Positions 13,628-25,990 of a stretch of 64,000 nt of DNA are shown piece by piece (positions within the stretch are counted from its first letter, which is position 1; every line of letters starts with the position of its first letter). The notes under the pieces were generated by a model that searched no databases, was not told the DNA's origin, and was given only the letters and a program-made list of their open reading frames with translations. A program made the position numbers and the translations under genes. Source of the DNA: Oopsacas minuta. Lineage: Eukaryota > Animalia > Porifera. Where the stretch lies: the NCBI GenBank assembly GCA_024704765.1, contig JAKMXF010000316.1:310001-374000 (forward strand), given 5' to 3'.

Positions 13628-14699
13628 ACCCATGCACGGAGCCCCAATCACCCTCAGGCTTTGTGTATAATCCCAAAACTACTAAATACTTTCTCACTCT
13701 CTGTGTTCTCTTGCCTTGGGATTCAAATTTTGGCGCCATATACTTATATATTCCCTGACATACTCTAGTAAGTATCTTATCTGATTATAAACTATTGTGT
13801 TCTCTATGAATAAACAAAACCGTTTATATATATATATTCTACAATAATATATTAGGAAATTAATGGTTCGGGAATCCCTCGAAGAAAAAATGATGGTGAT
13901 TTGTCTGGTTACAAACTAGAGTGTGGAACTATTTCAATAATGATATATTTTTGTGTATATGATCTTGGTACAAATCATATCTGCAGAAGTGAAATCACTG
14001 GACATTTTATGTCAATCCTTGGAGGCAGTGTTCTCGCTAGCCCGTTTCCAGGAGGCTCAATGCCCTTAGATTCTTATTAAAATATCTCATACTTTCAGAT
14101 ATATTTTGACCTATTGGTGGAAAAGGTGCAAGAATAGGCTGAAGGTTGATCTTAACAGCATAACAGAGAATTTCAAGACAGTCTATTACGATCACTCGTT
14201 CCACGGTCCTTTCCGAGATACAACCCTATAGGATATGCACTTTGGTAAAAATTCCTGGCGAGAACACTGCATGGAGGTATGGAGAAAGGGAAAGATTACT
14301 GGATTGTCAAGAGATTCTCTGGACGGTTGCCATGTACATACTGGGACTCAGCATGTTAACTGGTAGTTGACACATAGTTTTTTCATCAATTTGTTGTGCT
14401 ATATACTTTGACTTGACCATATAATTATTAATGAGATGTTCGTGATTATGTAAGTATTCACATGTTTATTACATGGAATATATATTTAAGGTAGAGATAT
14501 CCCAAATATTGTCAATGGTTAGGAATTTACGAATGTGTTCAAATTAGTGTCTAAGGAATCGATTCTATTTATTAGGACACGATCGTGCCTTCTGACATTT
14601 TGAATTGCAAGAAATCTAAGAAGCGTTGCACTGATTAGACCCACAGCCACTAGAGCAACTACAAAATAATAGGTGTTTTCCAAGAGAAGAAGATCAAAC

Positions 14700-14930
14700 T
14701 CTACCAATGAGTGTTATGACGTTGTCAGGGACATCTGCTGGTACAAGAAATTACTCCAACGGCATTTCAATTTCAGTAAATAGGTAATTTCTGTCAAGTG
14801 TTCCTGCTTTAGCTCCAATTTTACAGTACCCATCTTCAGATTAATGTGTGATCACACCAAAAAGAGTTGGAGGATCACATGGACATCCTCTACCCACCAC
14901 AGGAATAGGAAAGATAATATTACCCTCAAT
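14700..14930 (-). pseudogene. fragment of a second KRBA2/SCAND3-like (Ginger-type) integrase C-terminal region
   Basis: Minus strand reads GNIIFPIPVVGRGCPCDPPTLFGVITH*SEDGYCKIGAKAGTL, matching GDNVIIPI..DRGRRDPRNIMGV at ~16050-16130. Confidence 0.55.
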
Positions 14931-16227
14931 GTCATGGACTCTTGCCTTTACATAGATTGTTTGTCCATCCTTGGTTTTTGTTTTTCCTGGCCGAGTGTAG
15001 CCGAAATTCGACCACTGTTGATCTCACCTTACCTTTCACTCAGATAACAGTTGACACACCAAATAGGTGCACCATAACCATTAGATACTACTACAGGTCA
15101 GTAAACAAACTGAGCAATTAGGTTTACCATCAACTGATAGATATTGTGGATCAAATATTTCAGAAGTTTCGGTCAATACACGTTGATATGGATCGACCGG
15201 GGCTACGGCCCTTGCCACCCGGGGTGTTTAATGAAATTTAGGCTATGAGTTATTTCTAAAGAAAAAAAATCATAGATTAGAACAAAGAAATTTAAATGCA
15301 AGATAATAAATTTTAAATACATACATATGTCCCTTATCTACCTAATCTTGCTTATATCAAATCTATACTTTCATACTCAATTTCATCAGCGTGTTGATTA
15401 GGAAGAACTACGTCAGGAGGGATTAAAGTGATTTCAATTAGCCAAATCCAACAGCTCTTAGTTGTACTTGAGGAACTAGGATCGAGCGGGGCCCCCGACG
15501 ATCCATACTCCTGGATGTGCAGAAAGTAACTGGTATTTAGCATCTGGAATCTTTTCATGTTCACCTATCTTCAGTCCGGATACCGAAGTGACGGGACTGT
15601 AGATGTTACAGTCAATGTAGAAAATCAGTCAATTTACAAATTGACTGAAACGTATTAAGAAGTTAATTAATTGATATCAATATGCATAAAAAGCATGTGA
15701 TTACAGCATACTGACTTAAAAAGTTTACATGTCGTTCCCATTCAAATCTTGTTGGGGCAGGTCATAGTCGCGTGACACTTGCTATCACATTTAAGTCGAG
15801 CCTTGAAACATTTACATTAATTTGGGTTGCATTGTTTGCCACTTTGTGTACAGCTACACTTGGCAAACCCTTGTCCACCACACTTAGACCCTTGTTGAAC
15901 AGCTTGTTGCAGGCACATTTCTTTGTCTGTGGTGAAATCGTTCACACTGTACAGCGGATGGGTTCTCAAATCAAATTGATTTCGGTTGTAAGATCATTTC
16001 AGGATTCCTGCACGGACTGCTATACGGTACATATAATTTTCATTTCTTTCCAGAATTTACACCCATGATGTTTCGAGGATCACGTCTACCACGATCCGCT
16101 AAAAGGATTGGAATAATTACATTATCTCCAGGGGTTCTAGCAACGTGCTCTAGACGGCTGCGTTTTAACATGCTTTAGCCTGGGCTATCTGTCCTTCAGC
16201 GGGGCGTATGCATTAGCTCGAATTGTC

Positions 16228-16372
16228 ATGTTGTCGATAGCTGGATTCAGAGTTCAACTATGTTGTCGATAGTTTGACTCAGTTTTTAGTATGTTGTTGA
16301 TAGCTCAACATAGTTTTTAACTATGTTTTCGATAGTTCGATTCAGTTTTTGACTGTAGTGTTGATAGCTCGG
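16228..16372 (+). repeat. ~31-bp degenerate tandem repeat (4-5 units) in the MULE left subterminus
   Basis: Recurrent ATGTTGTCGATAG(C/T)T..A(T/C)TCAGTTTT units; only one unit at the right TIR. Confidence 0.8.
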
Positions 16373-17785
16373 CCCATTCAGTTGTATGGCAGTTGTCAAT
16401 GGGAAATAATTGCTGACTAGATTTGTTTTGAAAAATCACATTTCATGGCAATTATAAACAACTGGCTTCACTGGTATAAGATACTTTTTGGTCATTTGAT
16501 ATTATTGAATTATTTACATCTTCGAAAATGGAATACACATCAGACAGCTATAGGCATAGTAATGGAAAAATTCATCCAACAACCGATGGGTTTAAGTAGT
16601 CTAAACATATAGTGAAAGAAAGTACAACACACCTCAGATGTGTTTTATCTCAAACGGGTGTAAAGGGACAGGTAAATTAAAGTTAGAAAATAATTTGATA
16701 TATCCCAGTTCAATTCATAACCATGGTAATGATGAGTACATATAAATCAGGAGTTTATGAATTGAAGACCATATGCAAGAAAAGGGCTCAAACTTCTCGA
16801 GACAATTTAAGGGAGATTATCGATGACGGAACAAGAACGAGTCTGTTTGCAAGTGAAATTTCTTTCATTAAGTGCAAGTCTCCTATTTACCGTTCTAGGA
16901 GAAGATTGCAACCTAAGATCCCCCTTACAGCTATAGAATTTTCAGTTATGTTACCCGAATCTACTTTTACGACTCACCACAAATTTATTGTCCCGACTAA
17001 TAACCAAACTGCTGTTGTCTTGTATTCTCAACACATGAAAAATTACCTATCAGAAATTTCTAAAATTCAGTAAGATGGGACATTTTATATAGTGCCACCC
17101 CAATTATCCCAATTATGGACGGTATTTGTGGTAATTGATCGACATGTACTCCCAGGCATACATTATTTAATGACGTCAAAAGATCAAGAACTCTATACTG
17201 CAATAATAGCCAAGATCGATTCTCTCATTCCAGATTTCTAACCGAAAATCTCTATTTCTAACTGGGAACCAGCACCGCGAAATTGTTTTAAAGAAATTTA
17301 TCCCACCATTAAAAATCAGGGATGTTGGTTCCACTTTACCCAACGTATCTGGGCCAAAACTCAGAAGCTCAGGGTAGTTCAGAGTTTTCATGGTAATCCT
17401 GAAACTGCGAATTTCATAAGAAATCTCATGGCAATACAATTTCTCCCAGCAAGTTGAATTCGTCCAACCTATACATTCCTCCAAGTGCCGGATTTAACAA
17501 ATCTAGAATCAAGCAAATTGGAGCAACTTCGTAACTAATTCAAGAAAAGGTAGATTACTCAATAAATCCAGAGGAGCTTTCTATCTATGAAGCTGAAGTA
17601 CTACCAGTAAGGCTGCGGAAAGCTATCACGCAACGCTAAAATCCATCATTAAAACTCCTCATCCAAGAGTATGGAATTTTCTGAAAACTCTCAACAATAT
17701 GACAGAAGATATAGATAATGAAATGGTGAGATTGAGACTCGGTCATAGCATTTCTAGGTTGAGGAAATCAAAGCATGTTATAAAG

Positions 17786-20099
17786 CAGTGTTTCTCAAAC
17801 TTTTTTCGAACAGCGCCCCTTGTCAACAATATTCCCTCGATACCGCCCCCCTCCAGAAAGTCTAAATCTTTTTACTACACTCGTATTTGTTAATGATAAT
17901 AAGTAATATTTATCAATTAATGAGGAGGGTGTACTTGAGCGTGATGTTCGTCGATAATCCCATTTATATCTGGTTTCATATCAGTGAGCAGCAATCTCAA
18001 ATCTCCGCATTGAGAAATATCGAGTCTGTTTCTTTGCTTCGTTAGTAATTGAACGACTGCACTAAAACCTCTCTCAACGAGATATGATGTCGGAAACGCC
18101 AGAACTAGCAGTTTTGCTACTTTCCACAAATTGGGAAATTTATTTCGTCCTGCGATTGCAATCCAAAATCTTTCATACCCCATCATTGTAAAATGAGCTT
18201 TTTCCTCGCAATCACTTTGCAAGTCCATCAACTCTTCCTGCAAATAGAGTGGAACTGTTGGAGCATCCACACAGAAAGGGTCAATTAGCCAATGAGGCGG
18301 TTCAAGTTCCAACAAGTCAGTGAATCGCTTGATCATATCCACTTTCAGTACTTCAAGATGTTCACAATATGCTAGCAAATCGTCATCTGAAATTTGGAGT
18401 CCTGCTAGGTGAGGGAACTGGTAAAATTCTCGTCGACTGTTATTTTGTTTAAATAACGTTAGTTTCCCTATGAAGGAGCTGACAACAGTTTTACACTTGA
18501 CCAGAGTGACTAAATTGCCTTGTAGTTGCAAGTTCATTGCTTGAACTTATCAAAAATGTCAGTCAAGTAAGCTACATCTGATTTCGCTGCACTGACAAGC
18601 TGCATTAACTGCGGGCTCTCTTCCTCTAAAAATTCTAAAATCGTGTCGAAAAGACTGTAGAACCGAGTGAGACACTTTCCTTTTGAGAGCCACCACACTT
18701 CTGTGTGCAAAAGCAGACGTTCAAATTCAGTTTCGTTTTCGTGACATATTTGGCGAAATATTCTTTCCTTGACTGCGGAAGCTTTGATTTTATTAATAAC
18801 AGTAATGACGATATGCAATGAGTTGTGCAAGCGACCACTTAGATGTTTTGCTACTAAATGTTCTCGATGGACGACGCAGTGAATAGCGAAAACCTCAGGC
18901 ACAGCATTTTTCAAGTACGAAATGAAACCACGATGCCACCAACCATAGCTGGCGCCCCATCTGTTGCACAAGCAATGATATTATTCATGGGAATTTCCTT
19001 TTCCTGAAAGAAATTTTCCACGACTTTGTAGATAGATTCACCTTTTGTATCAGTTACTAGTGGTCTAGCAAACAACATTTCTTCAACCATTATTCCTTTG
19101 AGAATATATCGGACATATGCAAGGAGCAGTGCTTCGTTACCTGGCAATGTGGATTCGTCAATTTGAAGAGAAAATTCCGTTGTTTTAAGTATACTGTATA
19201 GTGTTTTCTCAACATCACTAGCCATTAAATTTATTCTCCTAGCCACAGTATCATTGCTTAACGGAATGGACTTAATCACACTTCGCCCATCTGAATGCAT
19301 AACAGTTGTAACTGCTTCCTGGATTGCAGGTAAAATGAGGTTTTCACCCATTGTATGTGGCTGACCAGATTTTGCAATTAGTAACGAAATGTTATAGGAG
19401 GCAACCAAACCATCAATGTTTTGTCTATCTATTTTTCCAAATATTCCGCCCATTGTTTTTCGGCTGTCTCTCATTTTAATGAAGAATTGCACATCTTTCT
19501 CTACCTTATCACTGTGGCGCGATTTCAGATGATCAATCATTCTTGACGGCTTCATTCCCTCATTAGAAAATACTTGTTCGCACAACAAACACATTGGGAG
19601 TTGTTCATTGGAAGGAGATTTAACAAATCCGTATTTGATATAATCAGCACTATACTGTCTACACTTCTTTTTACTAATCATTTCTTCGATTGAGTTTATC
19701 AATTCCTTTCGGTTTAAATTTCTACGTATGTATTTATATTGAAATTAAACAGATTACTAACTATTACGAAGTTTACATTTGTTTGAAAACAATGATAATT
19801 ATATTTCGATTAGGAAAGCCATAGACATTGTAACAAAAGAATTCTTCATTCATTTTTAAGGATTAGCTGTTGTTAATAATCACCAAGAGTATTACCACTG
19901 TAAATGGCTTTGATAATTGAAGTATTTGCTAGCACCTATTGTTAATGAATAATGAGGAATATGATACCACTTTTTTGACCTGAGGTCGTATCTCTGTTTC
20001 GCTTTCTATAACCCACAGCGCCCCCTTGCTGCGTGGCCGCCCCCCTACAACCCTACAGCGCCCCCCAGGGGGATCTACGGCCCACTTTGAGAAACACTG
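17786..20099 (-). mobile_element. Buster-type hAT (ZBED5/SCAND3-like transposase, frameshifted)
   Basis: 14-bp TIR CAGTGTTTCTCAAA; TSD TTATAAAG/TTCTAAAG (7/8, central TA). ORFs 18911-19702 (CRQYSADYIKYGF, PMCLLC, QIDEST, ATDGAPAM), 18534-18971 (HCVVHREHL, HTEVWWLSKG), 17917-18537 (FPTSYLVERGFS). Confidence 0.95.
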
Positions 20100-21680
20100 T
20101 TCTAAAGGATCAACAACGCGAGGATATTAAGGAAAAGTTCAGAATTGGCGAGTTGCAATGAGCATCACTATTGGTGGTACCTTTACTGAAATTGAATTCT
20201 CTGATACTGATGAGTCAGACACTTCAGACAATGAAAGCGAGAATCCAGTAGTAGAGAATATTTGTGTTATATGTCTGATGCCGCGGACAACAACTTGGAT
20301 ATTCCTACCTTGTAAGCACGCTAATTGTTGTGCAGCATGCAGCAAGAGAATAGAAGAATTGAACCAGACACATCCGGTGTGCCGCGCTCCAATTATCAGT
20401 CGATTCCAAATTATGCTTAGTAGTTACACACATGTTTATCCACTTTTTCATTCATTTACATAATCTTCTGATATCATAGTAATTAAATATTTCTCATACT
20501 CACTAATACAATATACTTTTCAATAAACAACCAGTAGAAGAATAAAAATTATGCATGACACATGGGGAAGGTATCCACAACTAAAACTGAGTCCAGCCAT
20601 CGATAACATACCGAATTCGAGCTAATGCAGCACCCCCCTTCAGCTGCTCTCTTGCGTTTGAGTTGAATGTTGTCGTGCCGTATTTGGATAGCGGTTACCT
20701 GAGACGAAGGAGCAGATGAAGATGTTGAAGAAGTATCTTCTGAGGGATTGGGTGACTGATCCTCTTGTGAAGGAAGATTTGAAGAAATTGCGGTCTGGTT
20801 ACCAAAAGAGACTTGAGAGGGGTCAGGTTGCTGATATGCAGCCATTGGGTTGTCTTCGGACACTAGGCGTTCTAGGATTTCACTAGAAAGGGATGCTGAA
20901 CTGAGTCCAACTTGTGCATCACGTCCAAACAGGACCTTGAATGGGGATTGTTCAATTCCAGAATGGTAACCACTGTCCTTCTGAAACTGCACAAAACGAA
21001 GCCCAGTTGGCCAGTCTGTGGAGTCATTGTCACCTAACCAGATAGTTAGTATGTCTTTGACGTCACAATTCAGTCTCTCAACTGATACATGGCTTTCGGG
21101 ATGGCGAGGTTTAACATGGACCATAAGTAGATCAGGCCAAATAACCTTCAGTTCAGTGATGACTGATGCTGTAAATTCACTGCCGTTGTCACTCTGGATA
21201 ATTTGAGGGGCGCATAGTAACAAGAAAATGTGAACCAGTTGCCACGCGACTTCAGCAGCACGTTTGAAAGTCAAATGGCGTGAACACACAGTACTTTGTT
21301 AAGTGGTCTTGATTAACCATGATCCATCGATATGAAACTTTGCACATAGACTGCATGTCAATGAAGTCAACCTGAGCACGGGAACCAAATTCTTTGGACA
21401 GAATTGGCTTCACAACAACGCGCTTAGTGGTGGCACGCCTACGTTTCTGTTGACATTGAACACAGAGAGATATGTAGAGCTCAATGGAGTTGCGAGTGAC
21501 AATTGCATATTTGTCCAAAGCTTTAGTCATCTTGTTTCCACCGCCATAGCCGCATGCAACATGGGCGCGTTTAATGGTGGCGAACATATCATCTATGTGA
21601 GTAAAGTAAATAATTTCTTGGGAGCTTCACTTTGCTTTCGAATCAACTTCTCAACATCGCCACACTGAAGAATTTCGCAC

Positions 21681-21926
21681 CTGTAAAATATATAAAATAT
21701 GTCACTTAATCGATGCCAGCAACATAGTACACAACCATAGTGCGGAATATTATTGGCACATTTCTATTTACAGCAAAGGAAACCTAAAACATCGCACGTA
21801 CGTAGGCTCTATACAATTAGAGAACTAATTATGGTATTGTATAGAACATTTATTTGACCTGAATCCAAGTAATGCAGCCATGACTCAAGTATTAATTGTT
21901 GAACCAATAATTATTTGTTCACATAC
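21681..21926 (-). other. GT-AG intron in the Ginger-type transposase gene
   Basis: Minus strand CTTGGCAG|GTATGT...TTTTACAG|GTGCGAA. Splicing gives in-frame SNRQYYILG-R-CEILQCGDVEKLIRK. Confidence 0.7.
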
Positions 21927-22594
21927 CTGCCAAGGATATAGTACTGCCTGTTGGACTTCTTTGCGGTGTCAGATGCAACTTTGACCTCTTCAAGCAACAA
22001 AGAATACTGGTGTTTGGTCATCAATAACGATTAGGTACCAGAGCATTTTCGTTTCAACATCTCCTCACGGAAGACTGTTCCATAGTGTCCGACATCTTTT
22101 AGAGATATGAGGGTGTTCATATTATCTTGCCTTTTTATACTCCAGAATATTTCGCGTCGATAGATGCTAGCCTTTGATATGTTGTTATTGAGGATACACT
22201 ACTCTTAGTCAGGTTTTTCCTATACATTTCAATTGTTAAGTTAAGTTGACGTATATGTTAGAGAATAATAATAATTGTAAGATTTCCCATTATTCAATAC
22301 TTTATTGATTTGATATTCGTAATATGCTTCCAGTCAATTTGTCAAAAAAACGACCAATAATTCAGTCAATTTGTAATTGACGAATATTATACAGGGTGAC
22401 ACATAAATACTGTTACAACTTTTAAAACTACCATATTGTAGATGAATCTAATTCAATAGCGTTGAAACTTGGCCAATATATTGTACTAGATATCTATTTT
22501 ATCTCATAAATCACACCAGATATCTCAGTTAGGAGTTATAAAATTTCAACATTTTGTAATGGAGACTCGTCGTTCAGCTGTAATTGAGTTATTC

Positions 22595-24036
22595 AAGGAC
22601 AGCCTTTACACAGCGTTTATGGGCCAGCCAACGAGTATCTGACGGTATAACAATCTTCAGCTCAGGTAGAGCAAGCACCTGGTGCACCTCTTTGAGACAT
22701 TCAGCTCTCTGCGAGAGTAGTAGAAAATTTCCAGAGGGTGGTGAGTGTGACGTATAAATGTTTTATCCCACCAGTGGCATTAGCTGCTTGAACACAGGCA
22801 AGTCGAAGCAAGTGGCAGTGGCAGTGTACAAACACAGCATGAGGCGAATTCTTCTAAAGGAGACTCTGCACATTATTGTGAGCCCAGAAAAAGTTGCTGC
22901 TCCATCGAATCCTATACCCACGAGCTTGATGATCTGTATATTCTGGTCTTTGAGAAATCGATAAGGGCAGAATAGATGGTCTTGGCATCGGTGGCTTCAA
23001 GGGAAATACTCTAAGAAGTGTTCAACAAGTTTCTCATCCTGGACCCAATGGTAGAAAATTGAAAGCTCTTCAATGGTTGTTACTTCAGTGCATTCATCTG
23101 CCATTATGCTGAAGTTGGATACTTGATGAAGACGTTTCAGTAGGCATTCTTCGGCACATAAGCCAACTGCCTCGACAAATTCAACAACGATATTGAATTT
23201 GTAGGTTGGATTCTTTCCAGCTCTTTCAAGGAACCTTTTCAAGTCTTCTGCACCACAACTTGCGATTAAACCAATAAGTTCGTCAAACTTGGTTGTGTGG
23301 GGAATGTGGCGACGAGCAAGAAAATGGGTACAACGAATAAGGGCTTTAATAGCAATCCTGTTCTTCAACTTTTCTTGTGCTCCAATTTGTTGGAGTTGCT
23401 GAATGATCAGGCCCTCTAGTAGTGCTCTAACTGCAACCATCTCTGCTTCACACGGCTGGATGTGAATGTCACTTTTGACATGAGCTTTTATCTTCTCGAT
23501 TGTCTTCTTCCAGCTCTTGAAAGGCTTTGAGATCCATGTTCCTCCAATTCTTCGAAGAGAAATTCCCCTCTTCCTGCAGACCTTACAGAAGGCTCCTTGG
23601 AAGTAACCATCAAATATCAGCCAAATGAAGCTTTCTCCCCATTTCTTATTGGATTTTCGAATGCTTGTGAATGGCCGATTCTTGCTCCTGCGCTTCTCAT
23701 TGACAGTTAATCGTTTCTTCGCAGGACTTGGCTTCAAGCACTCAGTATCAGATTGATTGCTGTCGATTTCATCTCCACTACTGCTTGGGACGTCAGTTGA
23801 CATTGAAGAATTTGCACCGCCGAAGAAAGAGTGAATATTTATTTTTGAGACCAGATTATAGCTAAGACTGCCTCGACTGGGCCGTTAAGTAAGCCAATGA
23901 AGTCTAAATTTACAGCACTAACTTAGTGATGTCAAGCATTTGGAATTTAAGGAGAGGCTGCTAACGCCACACCCCTGACATTCCCGAAACTCTACTTTGC
24001 CCTCCCTCCTTTCCTAAATGTCTGGATGTAACACTG
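22595..24036 (-). mobile_element. 3'-truncated hAT with ZNF862-like transposase, related to 50806-55126
   Basis: End CAGTGTTACATCCAG resembles CAGGGTTTCATACAG. ORF 22997-23803 (FCKVC, SIMADECT) is followed by broken GFDGAATFSG and PELKIVIPSDTRWLAHKRC, paralleling PELKVVKPSSTRWLSHERC at 52382-53572. Confidence 0.8.
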
Positions 24037-25945
24037 AAGTAGTTAGTTATTACATGCCGCTTTGCTCTACATTAACCTTCAAACGCCCCACAATTACTTA
24101 TGATAAATAATAGTTTAATGAAATTTCTAATTTTGGAAATTTTAAGAGTCAAAGGCATATATGTAGTTAAATGACTTTGGGGAAGTTGGAGGTCTAAACT
24201 ATTGGATTATCAAAATCTACAGTAGAAAATCATCAGCATCAATTCTCTTGCAGACTGCGAAAGATCTTTTGATATGTCAACAAGTGTATATAGCTATAGA
24301 TTCAAACTAAACGAATATGATTCACTTTACATAATATTTGCATCCATCATGGATTGCAATTGGAAATGGAATTGCCTGTTGGAGTTTAAGAGGATGAGGG
24401 GAGTACTAAAAGACATTCAGTCCGTCAATCAGAAATTACTGATTAATTTGGTAATGCAGTACATAATAGATATATTGATAATGGATATATTGGATATAGT
24501 GATACTTTTGTTCGTTGATACCTGTCCCCGTTTACAGCATACTCCATACAAGTTTAATTGATATGGTGATATATTGGTAGTAGTGATATTTTGGGCCAAA
24601 TATCCTTGCTCCCAAACTCATCACTATCTATCATAAATTGTACACTTTTGGAGTTGTAATAGAAAATTAAATGTTACTCATCATTAGCGCCATATTCGCT
24701 AAAATAAAGTATAAGCACTATGATAAGAGTCAATATTATCTAAATTAGTATACTTTTCTGGGAAAAAATCACAATAAAAAAACTGCTACTTTGGTCATAT
24801 AGAGCATAATCTTTATCCTGCTGTTAGGAAAAAGGAGGAAGTGGATCGAGTTTTGTGGGTGAGAGACATTGTTAGGTGATAATGGTAAGATTTTTTTGTG
24901 TTTATAATTTGTTATATACTAAGTATACATAAGAGTTATTCATACTATACTTATAGATTCCTTAATAGTATTTTGCAATCTTAATTATAATTTACTGCCA
25001 TTACTACGACTGCGTTATATTGGACATGATAAGTCAACTTTTGAGTAAATCGTAGGTGAAGGAGCTACCATCAGTACGCATTTCAATGGAATTTACGTAA
25101 ATATATAATTAACCGATGAATTAAGTCATGTCCGGACAAGAGATAATTAAATACTAAGTTTCGGTAAGAAAACTAAGCTAAAACAAGTATCTACTTAGTT
25201 TTAGATAAAAACCAATAGTGGGACTGGTTAGCTTGAAAATTTACTACAATTGTTCATAAGGTGATAAATGCACCAAATTGCATAGATATGTACATTAATG
25301 TATAATATTCATTATTGGATATTTAGGCAATTGGAATGGAACATATGTTTGCCATAGCAGCCATCCGAAATTTGCACCTCCAAAGAAATCGCCAGAATTA
25401 TTCCCTATCAATTACTTCTTCATACTATGTTAGATCATATTTGGATTACTAAATTCGGATTCAACGTGAAATTCATTGTCGTTTGAGTGTAGTGGAAATT
25501 TGGGAATATCTTTAATGACAGAAACACACAGGTAACAGTCTGACATAATGCACAAAGTTCCTAGTGACTAGACATTGGATAGTCTACGACCAGAACGAGG
25601 TGCATTTCAGTAATTCGCCATGATATGTAGTTCTAACAATGTAAAATAACAAATTGTTCATGACTTTAACATAATAAAACCTAATACAATGATCAACATA
25701 TATTTTGCAATAATAATATAAATTCTGGAAATACACAGAGATGACATTGGATATCAAAAATAAATCAAAAACTGACAAGAAAATAAAAGGTTGAGGGGAG
25801 GGCCGATATGTGTAAGCTAGACTCAGCAAGTTTAGCAGCGGCAAAGAGGAGTCACTGGATGGGATTAGGAAAATTTTTAGAAAGGAATGTTGCCACATTC
25901 CTGCGTTGATAGGGATTAAATATTCCCGAAATTAATCGACGACTC

Positions 25946-25990
25946 CACAGTGGCAACAAATGAGTGCTTTAGTGGAAATAGGCATGTATT
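25946..25990. mobile_element. orphan Transib/RAG-like terminal sequence
   Basis: CACAGTG GCAACAAATGAGTGCTTTAGT GGAAATAGGCAT: heptamer plus the GGAAATAGGCAT block also found at 55203-55214. No partner end or transposase found. Confidence 0.5.

Larger units (their letters stand above)
16201..20636 (+). mobile_element. MULE (Mutator-like) transposon with FLYWCH-like finger, MULE domain and C-terminal RING; interrupted by a Buster hAT
   Basis: ~55-bp imperfect TIRs GGGG..TGCATTAGCTCGAATT..; TSD CCTTCAGC (16193-16200, 20637-20644). Remnants: LRCVLSQTGC..HNH, DGTFYIVP..QLWT, GCWFHFTQRIW, AAESYHATLK..HPRVWNFL, RING CVIC..PCKH..CAAC..VC (20263-20390). Confidence 0.88.
15600..22390 (-). mobile_element. 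KRBA2/SCAND3-like integrase element (Ginger-type), interrupted by a MULE
   Basis: Minus strand: HHCC-like AHVACGYGG..LCVQC, RAQVDFIDM, QSDNGSEF, PRHPESHVSVERLN (20637-21680). It continues across the MULE into GDNVIIPI..DRGRRDPRN (~16050-16190) and a Cys-rich tail GGQGFAKCSC..CKC..CDSKCH..C (~15760-15900). Termini are approximate, from related CAGTCAATT..AATTGAC blocks near 15625 and 22365. Confidence 0.8.

Noticed and set aside
9472-13635. TSD around the palindromic hAT
   Set aside because: CTTATGAG versus ACCCATGC do not match.
14519-15564. Small ORFs 14519-14707 (hydrophobic stretch) and 15352-15564 as real genes
   Set aside because: Under 71 aa, no recognisable family, and lying among TE debris.
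16228-16372. ~31-bp repeats here and at 47290-47820 as a CRISPR array
   Set aside because: Degenerate head-to-tail units without unique spacers, inside MULE termini, in a eukaryotic context with no cas genes.
24985-25050. Minus-strand YHVQYNAV as CFAP46 exon 2
   Set aside because: Only a 3-residue match to the expected YNAS motif, stops follow quickly, and there is no clear acceptor site.
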